Shown: piece by piece, positions 49,635 to 57,721 of the stretch
How positions within the stretch are numbered: the first letter of the stretch is position 1
Layout: each line of letters begins with the position of its first letter
From: an uncultured bacterium
GTDB lineage: Bacteria; Planctomycetota; UBA1135; GCA-002686595
DNA: 64,000 nt
Assembly: GCA_943787795.1 (NCBI GenBank)
Contig: CALSNU010000003.1
Span: 416,001 to 480,000 of the forward strand
Direction of reading: 5' to 3'
Notes under the pieces: model-generated
What the model was told of the DNA's origin: nothing
What the model saw: only the letters and a program-made list of their open reading frames with translations
The model's database searches: none
Translations under genes and position numbers: made by a program

Positions 49635-49905
49635 GGGCGTCCGTGGGACGTGGAGCGGAAAGCGAGGGCCGGGAGGGCTCTCGGACTCATGGGGCCAGGA
49701 GAAGGGGCCTTGGGCCCGGTCTAAGACCTGAGCTTCAAGGGAGGGAATGCGGGTGTCAAGCGCGACGATGTGCCGTCCTCAGGGAACTCCCACGATTGGT
49801 GGAGGCGATCGTACCCCTGGAGGTTCCCACTCTTGAGTCTATCCCGGTCTGCCCTGGCGGCTACATTCCCTGAACCTCGCGCTCCGGCGAGCCCATATCT
49901 GCGAC

Positions 49906-51390
49906 ATGACGCTCCGTATGCCCCGCTGGCTGCCTCCTCTCGCCCTGCTTGGCCTCGCGGCCTCCTGCGGGGAGGGAGGTGCGTCCAGGCCCCGGAACGT
50001 GCTCCTGATCACCATGGATACGACCCGGGCGGACCACCTGGGCGCGTACGGTCAGGTCCGATTCGAGACACCTGCCCTGGACGCGTTGGCTTCCGAGGGG
50101 GTGGTCTTCGAGCAGTGCAGCTCCGCAGCCGCGACGACGCTGAGCTCCCACGCGTCCCTCATGACGGGCGCCTATCCGCTGCGACATGGTGTCGTTCGCA
50201 ACGGGTTCAGCGTGCATCCCTCCAACAGGACGCTGGCGGAGGCCCTCAGTGACGCCGGGTTCCGGTGCGCCGCGTTCGTCGCGTCCTCTGCGCTGGTCTC
50301 GGCCACCGGGATGAACCAGGGCTTCGGCGTCTACGACGAGCGCCTCGACCTCCCCGCCTCACCGGGCGGAAACGACCAGGCGCAGCGCCGCGCGGGCTCC
50401 GTCACCGACGCGGTGCTCGCGCACGTGGACGAGCAAGAGGCTGCCGGAGCAGAAGGAGGCCTCTTCCTCTTTGCCCACTACTTCGACCCCCACGCTCCCT
50501 ACGGGGCCCCGGGTTCGGGGGACGTGGGCGGCTTCGGGGACATCGAGTCCGCCGTTGGCGCGCAGCAGCAGCGCGTGCTCGGAGAGGGACCCGGCCAGCA
50601 GGCGGTGATCGGCGGCGGGCTGCCCGCAGCCCTCGCCGGGCCGACGGGCGCCGTCCCGAGCCCTGCGGACGAGCGCCTGGCTGCCCTCTATGGCGCGGAG
50701 GTCGAGTACATGGACGGGGAGATCGGGCGGCTATTGGCCGGGCTGGCGTCCCGGGGCGTGCTCGAGGAGACCCTGGTGGTGATCACCGCGGATCACGGCG
50801 AGACGTTCTGGGAGCAGGGCAACTTCTGGAATCACGGGCTCTGGGTCGGAGAGACGGACGTGCACGTGCCGCTCATCGTCCGCGGCCCCGGCGCGGCCCG
50901 CGGCGCCCGGGTCTCCACGCCGGTCTCAGGGGTCGACGTGGCGCCGACGATCCTGGATGCGGTCGGGCTGGCGCCGGGGCCGGGCGATGACCCGGGCCGC
51001 GGCCGGAGCCTCCTCCCTGCCCTGAGCGGCGCGGAGATGCCTCGGCGAGCCGTGTTCTCCGAGGCGACTCAGCCCGGACCCCGCCTCGAGGGGGCCGAGG
51101 GTCTCCCCTGGGCCGGGGCCGCCAAGCCCCAGGCGGTCCGCCTCGGTCCGTGGAAACTGGTCAAGGCGCCTTACCTCGGCGTGCGTCAGCTCTTCGACCT
51201 CGCCAGTGATCCGGGAGAGCGCCGGGACCTCCTCGCGGACCCTGTGTTGACGCCCACGTCGCGGGACGCGCTCGAGGACCTGGAGCGTGCCCACGCGGTC
51301 TGGGTCGGCGCCGCCGCGCCGCGGCCCTCTGCCTACGACCCGGACCAGGCTGAGGCGCTCCGCAGCCTCGGGTACGGCGGCGATCGGTGA
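49906..51390 (+). CDS. Sulfatase-like lipoprotein (alkaline phosphatase superfamily)
   Basis: Lipobox LAASC; NVLLITMDTTRADHL, TTLSSHASLMTG, HYFDPHAPY, TADHGE, HVPLI, LFDLASDPGE, LRSLGY. Confidence 0.88.
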   Translation: MTLRMPRWLPPLALLGLAASCGEGGASRPRNVLLITMDTTRADHLGAYGQVRFETPALDALASEGVVFEQCSSAAATTLSSHASLMTGAYPLRHGVVRNGFSVHPSNRTLAEALSDAGFRCAAFVASSALVSATGMNQGFGVYDERLDLPASPGGNDQAQRRAGSVTDAVLAHVDEQEAAGAEGGLFLFAHYFDPHAPYGAPGSGDVGGFGDIESAVGAQQQRVLGEGPGQQAVIGGGLPAALAGPTGAVPSPADERLAALYGAEVEYMDGEIGRLLAGLASRGVLEETLVVITADHGETFWEQGNFWNHGLWVGETDVHVPLIVRGPGAARGARVSTPVSGVDVAPTILDAVGLAPGPGDDPGRGRSLLPALSGAEMPRRAVFSEATQPGPRLEGAEGLPWAGAAKPQAVRLGPWKLVKAPYLGVRQLFDLASDPGERRDLLADPVLTPTSRDALEDLERAHAVWVGAAAPRPSAYDPDQAEALRSLGYGGDR

Positions 51391-51723
51391 ACCTCCGTCG
51401 CGGCGCCTGCTCGCGCGGCTCTCAGCGCAGTGACCTTCAGTCCGCGTGACGGGCACCCGGGCGACTCACGATGCCAGACCGAGTGGCCCGCGGGAAGGCG
51501 CCAAACGGTCAGGCGACGACCCTGCCGGCCAGCTCCAGGGCTTGTCACCGAGTTCAAGAGGGCCTGCTTCACTCGCTGCGTTGGTCCGAAGCGCAGCGCT
51601 CAATGGGGGAGCCACGCCCACCCGGGCTCCGCCGTCCAGGCCATCGCAATCGGCGAGCATCCCGGGGGCCTCCGCCATCGGCGGTCATTCCCCCCCCCGC
51701 GGTCGTCAGCCGCGCGGGATGGG

Positions 51724-52713
51724 TCACTCGAAGCTGCCGTGGTGGCGATAGAAGAAGCGGTGGAGGACCTTGCCGTCACGGACGAGCTCGCCGTCCACGA
51801 AGTAGAGGGGGAGCCGCTGATCGCCAGCCTCGGTGCGCTCCGCGTTCATGGCGAGCCGGATGCGGTCACCCGCCTCCACGGAGAAGGGACGGACCGGGAA
51901 GAACGACTGACGCCAGTGGGTGGGCGGGACCATGGGGGAGCAGGACAGCTCCACGTCCGGGGTCAGGTCCACCTCGAACCAGCCGCCGAAGCCGTGCACG
52001 GTGCCGGCGCGCTCGACCAGGAGGGTCGCGGCGGTGGTGAAGAAGAAGTCATCTGCGCAGGCATGGTCGAGGTCGATGTCCAGCACGTCGGCGGGGGTGC
52101 CGAGGAGCGACGCCGGCTTGAGATCGCAGGCCGCGGTGATGAGGCTCTGCACCTCAGCCTCGATCAGGCGGGAGTAGTCGAGGCCGTAGACCGGGCGCTC
52201 CCACAGGCCGAGCCCGAGGTCCTGGTGCACGTGGCTGTCGTCCACGGGCGCGACGCAGAGCCGGAGGGTCCGCGGCAGCATGTGGCCGCCAGGCTTCATG
52301 TAGCGGTCGCGGGCGTCGATCACCGACTCGAACATCAGCTCAGCCAGGCCAAAGAAGCCCATCCACTCGGAGATGATGAGGTCGTAGTCCCCCTCGAGGT
52401 CCAGGTCCTCCATCCGTCCGCGGTGGAAGGTGATGCGGTCCCCGAGGCCGTTGTCGGCGGCCACGTCTCGGGCCACGTCGATGATGGCCGACGAGTCCAC
52501 CGCGTCCACGTGGGCGGCCCCAGCGCGGGCCGCGAACATCGACAGGATGCCAGTGCCGGTCCCCACGTCGAGCACGCGCTTGCCCTTCGCCACGGACTCG
52601 ATCGCCCGGCGATAGCTGTCCGTGCGGGCGTGATCCTGGATCATGAGCCGGTGGACGCCGGGGTCCGCGTAGCTCGCGAAGTAATCGTGGTCGCTCGAAT
52701 AGCCTTCAGACAT
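51724..52713 (-). CDS. Eukaryotic-type (PRMT1-like, type I) protein arginine N-methyltransferase
   Basis: YFASY, HRLMIQDHARTDSY, VLDVGTGTGILSMFAARAGA, double-E loop IISEWMGFFGLAE, RDRYMKPGG, VYGLDYS, VHGFGGWF, PPTHWRQ. ATG 52713 (329 aa); alternative GTG 52743. Confidence 0.9.
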   Translation of the reverse strand: MSEGYSSDHDYFASYADPGVHRLMIQDHARTDSYRRAIESVAKGKRVLDVGTGTGILSMFAARAGAAHVDAVDSSAIIDVARDVAADNGLGDRITFHRGRMEDLDLEGDYDLIISEWMGFFGLAELMFESVIDARDRYMKPGGHMLPRTLRLCVAPVDDSHVHQDLGLGLWERPVYGLDYSRLIEAEVQSLITAACDLKPASLLGTPADVLDIDLDHACADDFFFTTAATLLVERAGTVHGFGGWFEVDLTPDVELSCSPMVPPTHWRQSFFPVRPFSVEAGDRIRLAMNAERTEAGDQRLPLYFVDGELVRDGKVLHRFFYRHHGSFE

Positions 52714-52877
52714 GGGCGGGAGGGTGCCAGAGGGTCGGGTCACGGGGTTCAGAATTCGGCGGTTGGCAAGAAAAGAGCATTGGGGGCAAGGAGCGCCGCT
52801 CGATGGCTGAGGGCAGGGAGCGCGGGTTGAGCAGGTGATGGTTGAGATCGGACCTCGCGGGTTCCTATCGTCGTGCC

Positions 52878-54692
52878 ATGGCGAGCGAGACGACCCAGGC
52901 CGGTCCGGCCGCGCGCGCTGCCGCGGCAGGCGCGCTCGACCCCGGCGCCCTCTTCACGCTGGAGGAGGCGGCGGGTCGGGTGCGCGTTCCCATCGAGGAT
53001 CTCGAGGCCCGCTGCGACCGCGGCGAGCTGCTCTTCGAGACGCGCCGACGGGGCCGCCAGGAGGTGCGCTGCGTCCGAGGTCTTGATCTTGCGGAGGCCT
53101 TCCCCGGCGCCCCCGACCCAGCCCGTTCGTTGGGCAAGGGCCGCTCATCCGGCGGCGCCAGCGTGCCCGATCGACCCAGCCTGGGCGGGGGCGCGGCGGA
53201 CGGGTCGAATCCGCGCGAGCCCTCAGCGGCTTCCCCATCGGCCTCCCCGGTGACTTCCCCGGGGTCCCCTAAAGAGCCCTCTTCAGGTTCTTCTCTAGGG
53301 TCCTCTTCAGCGGGGACTGAGGCGAAGGACAGGGGCGGGGTGGCTGCGGATCCTGGGCGGGTTCAGTCCACTGCCGCTCAGGCCGCTGCGACTCAGGCCG
53401 CTGCGACTCAGGCCGCTGCGACTCAGGCCGCTGCGACTCAGGCCACTGCGACTCAGGCCACTGCGACTCAGGCCACTGCGACTCAGGCCGCTGCGACTCA
53501 GGCCGCTGCGACTCAGGCCACTGCGACTCAGGCCACTGCGACGTTCCCGGCGAGCGGACCTCGAGGCAGCGGACCTCGAGACAGCGGACCTCGAGACAGC
53601 GGAAACAGCGTCGCGGAGGCGGTTCGAGGCTCGGGGGCGAGCCGAGACGCGCTGATCGGGCTGTGCCAGGATCTGGAGACACGCCTGGACCTTGCCGAGC
53701 GAGAGCGTCAGGCGAGCACCGCCTCGTTGCTCATGGCCCAGCGGCACGTCCTCGACCTCGAGCTGCGAGGTCGCTCAGGGTCCTGGGTTCGAGCGGGTGG
53801 CGCCGCGCTGGGGCTCATGTCGGTCTCGGCGCTTGTCGTCATGGCGATGCTCCCCGGCTGGTTGGACGACCGAGCGGCCGGGCGCGAGGCGCTTCAGGGC
53901 GCCCAGCTCACGGCCGAGATCGGTCGGCTGGAAGCCTCCATGGGGTCGCTGGCCGCGGCCTCGGACGAGGAGCGAGCGGCGCTCTCTGCGCAGCTCGAGG
54001 CCCGTACTGCGCAGCTTGCGACCCGTACGGAATCGCTGGTCGCGGAGCGGCGTCTCGCGCTGCAAGCCATGGCGGACGCGGCGGCGGAGCGTGAGCGTGC
54101 GGAGGAGGTCCGGCTCGCGAACATCGAGCAGCTGAACCAGCTCGAGGAGCGGCTCGTGGCCTCCGACCGGCAGGCGGTCCGCCGCAGCGCTGAGCTCGGG
54201 GTCATCGTGGAGTCGAGCGCGCGTGATCGTGCGCGGTTCGACGAGCGCCTCGCCGCAGCGGAACGGTCTGCGGGGGCTGCGCGAGACGCCCTGAGCGAGG
54301 CCAGAGCTCGCTCCGCTGAGGAGCGGCGCCGCTACGAGGATCAGCTCGCCGCCGCGGAGGCGGAGCGTGCCGCCCAGCACGCCGCGCGCGCGGCAGAAGC
54401 CCAGGCGCTCCGGGCCGAGATCCGTGGATTGATGGCCGAGCTTGAGCTGGGTCAGACCCGAGCCGTCGCGGCGTTGGAGGCCGCGGAGGCAAGGCTCCTG
54501 ATCCAGATGGAGGACCGCACCACCTCTGATGGCGGGGTCTTCACGGAGGTCAGCGCCCCTGGCGCGGTCGCAGCGTCCGCCGCGGGGATGCCCCTCCCTG
54601 AGGGTTCAGTTCCCGTCGAGGTATGGGACCTCCCGGAGGCGCCGGCCGGGTCCTGGTGGACCCGGGCCCTTCGCTCGATGGTCGGCCGCTGA
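52878..54692 (+). CDS. MerR/Xis-like HTH protein with repeat linker, TM helix and long coiled coil
   Basis: FTLEEAAGRVRV..DLEARCDRGEL HTH; (A[A/T]ATQ)n linker; hydrophobic segment AALGLMSVSALVVMAMLPGWL; Ala/Glu/Arg heptad-rich region; terminal SWWTRALRSMVGR. Confidence 0.75.
   Translation: MASETTQAGPAARAAAAGALDPGALFTLEEAAGRVRVPIEDLEARCDRGELLFETRRRGRQEVRCVRGLDLAEAFPGAPDPARSLGKGRSSGGASVPDRPSLGGGAADGSNPREPSAASPSASPVTSPGSPKEPSSGSSLGSSSAGTEAKDRGGVAADPGRVQSTAAQAAATQAAATQAAATQAAATQATATQATATQATATQAAATQAAATQATATQATATFPASGPRGSGPRDSGPRDSGNSVAEAVRGSGASRDALIGLCQDLETRLDLAERERQASTASLLMAQRHVLDLELRGRSGSWVRAGGAALGLMSVSALVVMAMLPGWLDDRAAGREALQGAQLTAEIGRLEASMGSLAAASDEERAALSAQLEARTAQLATRTESLVAERRLALQAMADAAAERERAEEVRLANIEQLNQLEERLVASDRQAVRRSAELGVIVESSARDRARFDERLAAAERSAGAARDALSEARARSAEERRRYEDQLAAAEAERAAQHAARAAEAQALRAEIRGLMAELELGQTRAVAALEAAEARLLIQMEDRTTSDGGVFTEVSAPGAVAASAAGMPLPEGSVPVEVWDLPEAPAGSWWTRALRSMVGR
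53382..53597 (+). repeat. In-frame 15-bp VNTRs: GCC[G/A]CTGCGACTCAG x10 plus partial, then AGCGGACCTCGAG[G/A]C x3
   Basis: Encode AAATQ/ATATQ (53382-53546) and SGPR[G/D] (53553-53597). Confidence 0.95.
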
Positions 54693-54744
54693 GGGGTGAT
54701 CCGCTCACGGGGTCACCCACAGGTGGCCCGGTGCCGCACGGCGC

Positions 54745-54839
54745 GCCTGTAGTTTCCCTCGAGGCCTGTGGTTCCCGGTAGGGCCTGTGGTCTTCCGGGT
54801 AGTCGGTGGTCTCCCGTGGGGCCGGTGGGCTCTGGTAGG
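54745..54839. repeat. Degenerate 19-bp tandem repeat (GCCTGTGGT...), 5 copies
   Basis: gcctgtagtttccctcgag/gcctgtggttcccggtagg/gcctgtggtcttccgggta/gtcggtggtctcccgtggg/gccggtgggctctggtagg, in a convergent spacer. Confidence 0.65.
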
Positions 54840-54895
54840 ACTGAGGCTCGGGCCGCTGGGGTCGACGGATGGCCTCAGCGGGTGCTCCAATGCCG

Positions 54896-55936
54896 TCAGG
54901 GGAGGAAGGTCACAGAGACGGCGTCGGTGGTGTTCGAGGTCGCAGCGCCCCCGCTCGCGTCCCGGAACCAGTACTGGAAGTTCCATGACTCACCAGCGTT
55001 GATCGACGCCGCGGACGGCAGCCCGGAGAAGGGGATGGGGAAGTTCACCTGGCCGGTGAAGCCCGAGCTCTGGATGAAGTTCGAGAGGCGGAAGATCCCA
55101 CCGCTGAGGCAGAGGTTGCCCTGCCCGCCTCCGAGCCCGGTGGAGAACCCCTGGGTCTCGGAGAAGATGAAGTACCCGAGCGACAGGGTCGGGAGGTTCG
55201 ATGCGTCGAGGGTGAGGGAGTTGGCGAATAGGCTCTGGGAGCCGGAGGCCTGGATGATCCCGGCGGCTCCACTGGAGTTGGCGACCGACGAGCAGTAGCT
55301 CGTCGGCGCAGGCGCGGTGTAGTCCGCGACGAGGCTGCCCTGGACGTCAAAGTCCGCGGTGACGCCGGAGCCAGGGTCGGAGAGCTGGAAGTTCAGCTGC
55401 AGGGGGGCGTTCAGGCTGAGCGTGGACCCGTTGGCCGAGATCGTTCCATTCAGGGGCTGAGGCGTGCTCATGGTCCCGGTCAAGTCGCCCACCGAAGGCG
55501 ACCCGCCAAGGGGCGTGATGGTCGACGTCCCGCTGACGGTGGTTGAGAAGAGATTCACCACGAAGCTCCCGCCGTTCACGCTCCCCGCGTTGGACTGCAG
55601 CTCAAGGCGGAGGTTGCTGATGACGATGGTCGCGAGCGCTGGCAAGAACGGGACGGGGTTCGGGATCTCGGCCACGAGGTCCGGCGTGACGAGCACGCTC
55701 TCTCCGGGAACGAATTGGATGGTCTGGATCGGGAGGCCGCCGGTGGTGGCGATGATGTTGCAGGCGCCGACCAGGGTGAAGTTCGGCGGGTTACCGACGA
55801 TGGGTCCCAGGGACGTGGAGCCAGAGAAGGTGAACTGCGAGGCTGCTTGGTCGACCGTGAACGTGGCCGGGCTCTGGGCTGTAGCCGTCGAGGCGAGCAG
55901 CGTGGAGAGCGCGCTGATGAGGAGGAGGTGTCGCAT
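54896..55936 (-). CDS. Secreted beta-rich protein with the same C-terminal domain as 48048-49634
   Basis: Signal peptide MRHLLLISALSTLLASTATAQ; C-terminal SYCSSVANSSG...GNLCLSG...WNFQYWFRD...SNTTDAVSVTFLP. Confidence 0.82.
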   Translation of the reverse strand: MRHLLLISALSTLLASTATAQSPATFTVDQAASQFTFSGSTSLGPIVGNPPNFTLVGACNIIATTGGLPIQTIQFVPGESVLVTPDLVAEIPNPVPFLPALATIVISNLRLELQSNAGSVNGGSFVVNLFSTTVSGTSTITPLGGSPSVGDLTGTMSTPQPLNGTISANGSTLSLNAPLQLNFQLSDPGSGVTADFDVQGSLVADYTAPAPTSYCSSVANSSGAAGIIQASGSQSLFANSLTLDASNLPTLSLGYFIFSETQGFSTGLGGGQGNLCLSGGIFRLSNFIQSSGFTGQVNFPIPFSGLPSAASINAGESWNFQYWFRDASGGAATSNTTDAVSVTFLP

Positions 55937-56064
55937 GGATCCGCTTCGAGAGTGCAGGGGGAGATCCTTCAATCCTGCCTCGCTGCTGGGGTTCGTGCCA
56001 TCTCCAGCGGATCCGGCATGCCCTAAGCTGGCGGTGGGAAGCCCCACCGTGTACACAACGATCC

Positions 56065-57720
56065 ATGGCTCAGGAAGAGACAGGCGACCTTGAGGGCGCG
56101 GCAAGCCGCCCCCAGCGCCGCTCCACGTCCCCGGAGGCGGCGTGGGATCCCGAGCAGTGGTGGTCCTTCGGCGAGGCCGCAGATCGGGCAGGCGTGACCC
56201 ATCGGACACTGCAGGGGTGGGCGGAGCGAGGGGAGGTGATGGTCCGGACGGCGTGGCGAGAGGGCACCGAGTTCCGGCTCGTGCGGGCGGGTGACGTCGC
56301 GCGCCTCGCGCCGGAGGCGGCTGGCCTTGTGGGGGAGTCTGCGCCGCTGGAGCAACGGGCCCTCTTCACCGGGCCGAGGCGGTCCGCCCTCGGGGCGGGC
56401 GCGCCGCCATCGCCGCTCAGCCCTGCGGGCGCGCAGCCGGCTCGCTACGACGACGATCGCGATGCCTTCAGGCGCACGGCCGAGCTCGAGATCGTGCGCC
56501 TCAGGGAGGAGCTGAGCTCGCTCCGCCGCCGAGGAGACGCTGGCTCAAGCCGCGCCGCGGCTTCACCGGCGCCCATGGACCTCTGGTCGATCGAGGAGCC
56601 CCGTCGCGCTGGCCTTCAAGGCGGGAGGCCCTGGGGTCCCCGGCGACTGGCCGTCTTCCTGGCCGGGCTGACGCTGGGGCTGAGCGTTGGCGTGGCCTGG
56701 GAGCGTGGTTCGCTCGCGGACCGCGAGCCTCTCGACGCCGCCCAGGGAGAGCCGGCCGGGACACCTGTCTCTCTCGCCGGGCTCACCGGACGGGACGGGC
56801 TCGCGGGACCGGACGGGCTCGCGGGACCGGACGGGCTCGCGGGACCGGACGGGCTCACGGGACCGGACGGGCTGGCGGGCTCCGGTGGTTCGGCTGGCGC
56901 CGCTGAGGCAGCTGGGCCGGCAGGTCCATCCAGCGCATCTGCGCTTGGAGACCCGACGCCTGGAGACCCGACGCTTGGAGACCCGACGCCTGGAGACCCG
57001 ACGCCTGGAGACTCGGTGGCTGGCACGGCCGAACCGGCGGTCGCCGGGCCGATCCGTGCTGCAAGCGTGGCCGCGATCACGGCCCCCAAGCTCGAGAAGG
57101 TCGCCCCTGGGCCAGAGGTCGCCCTTCCCCTCGGGCTGGGCGCGTGGCTCGAAGGGGGGCGCGGCGTGTCCTTCAGCTCACTGGACGGAGCTTCAACGTG
57201 TGCCTTCGGCAGCGGAGACCTCGCGACGCCCGCTTCGCGCTTCGTCCTCGGTAGCTGCTGGGGTGAACTCGCCCCGGGGGGAGCGACGGTCCTCGCGACC
57301 GACCGGGTGGAGGGGGTGGCGTGCTGCAAGCACCACGCGGCGGTCCAGCGCTTGAAGGGCGTCGCTTCGACGCCGCGGGCGCTCGAGGTCGCCATGAAGG
57401 AGGCCGAGCAGGCCGTCAGGGACGGGCTCCTGCCGCCCATGCTCGAGCTCCGGGCCGATCGTTCGGGGCTGCTCCTCGCGCGCGCGCTCACTGGAGGGTG
57501 GCGCGCCTCCGGCTTCGACGGTCCCGTGGCGGAACGCACCCACGTCTGGCGCCTTGCGGACGGACCCGAGGGGACGCCGGATGGCGTTGGGGCGCGGCTT
57601 GAACTCCACAGCTGGGTCGAGCGTGGCCTTGACGGCGCGTATGTACCGTTCCGCCTCGTGCTCGAGCTGGGCGGCAGCACGTCGGGGGATCGGGCCCTTG
57701 AGTTTCAGTGGCTCGAGTGA
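56065..57720 (+). CDS. MerR/Xis-like HTH protein with coiled coil, TM helix, collagen-like repeat and Cys-containing C-terminal region
   Basis: WSFGEAADRAGVTHRTLQGWAERGEV HTH; TM LAVFLAGLTLGLSVGVAW; about 14 Gly-X-Y triplets; GDPT[P/L] x4. Confidence 0.72.
   Translation: MAQEETGDLEGAASRPQRRSTSPEAAWDPEQWWSFGEAADRAGVTHRTLQGWAERGEVMVRTAWREGTEFRLVRAGDVARLAPEAAGLVGESAPLEQRALFTGPRRSALGAGAPPSPLSPAGAQPARYDDDRDAFRRTAELEIVRLREELSSLRRRGDAGSSRAAASPAPMDLWSIEEPRRAGLQGGRPWGPRRLAVFLAGLTLGLSVGVAWERGSLADREPLDAAQGEPAGTPVSLAGLTGRDGLAGPDGLAGPDGLAGPDGLTGPDGLAGSGGSAGAAEAAGPAGPSSASALGDPTPGDPTLGDPTPGDPTPGDSVAGTAEPAVAGPIRAASVAAITAPKLEKVAPGPEVALPLGLGAWLEGGRGVSFSSLDGASTCAFGSGDLATPASRFVLGSCWGELAPGGATVLATDRVEGVACCKHHAAVQRLKGVASTPRALEVAMKEAEQAVRDGLLPPMLELRADRSGLLLARALTGGWRASGFDGPVAERTHVWRLADGPEGTPDGVGARLELHSWVERGLDGAYVPFRLVLELGGSTSGDRALEFQWLE
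56794..57015 (+). repeat. In-frame VNTRs: 18-bp GACGGGCTC[G/A]CGGGACCG x4 plus partial, and 15-bp GGAGACCCGACGC[C/T]T x4
   Basis: 56794-56880 encodes (DGLAGP)n; 56947-57015 encodes (GDPTP/L)n. Confidence 0.92.
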
Positions 57721-57721
57721 G

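Noticed and set aside
51724..52713. Ordinary PrmA (L11) methyltransferase, or eukaryotic contamination
   Set aside because: The double-E loop, THW loop and YFxSY are PRMT-specific and absent from PrmA. The gene is intronless, composition-matched and flanked by bacterial genes.
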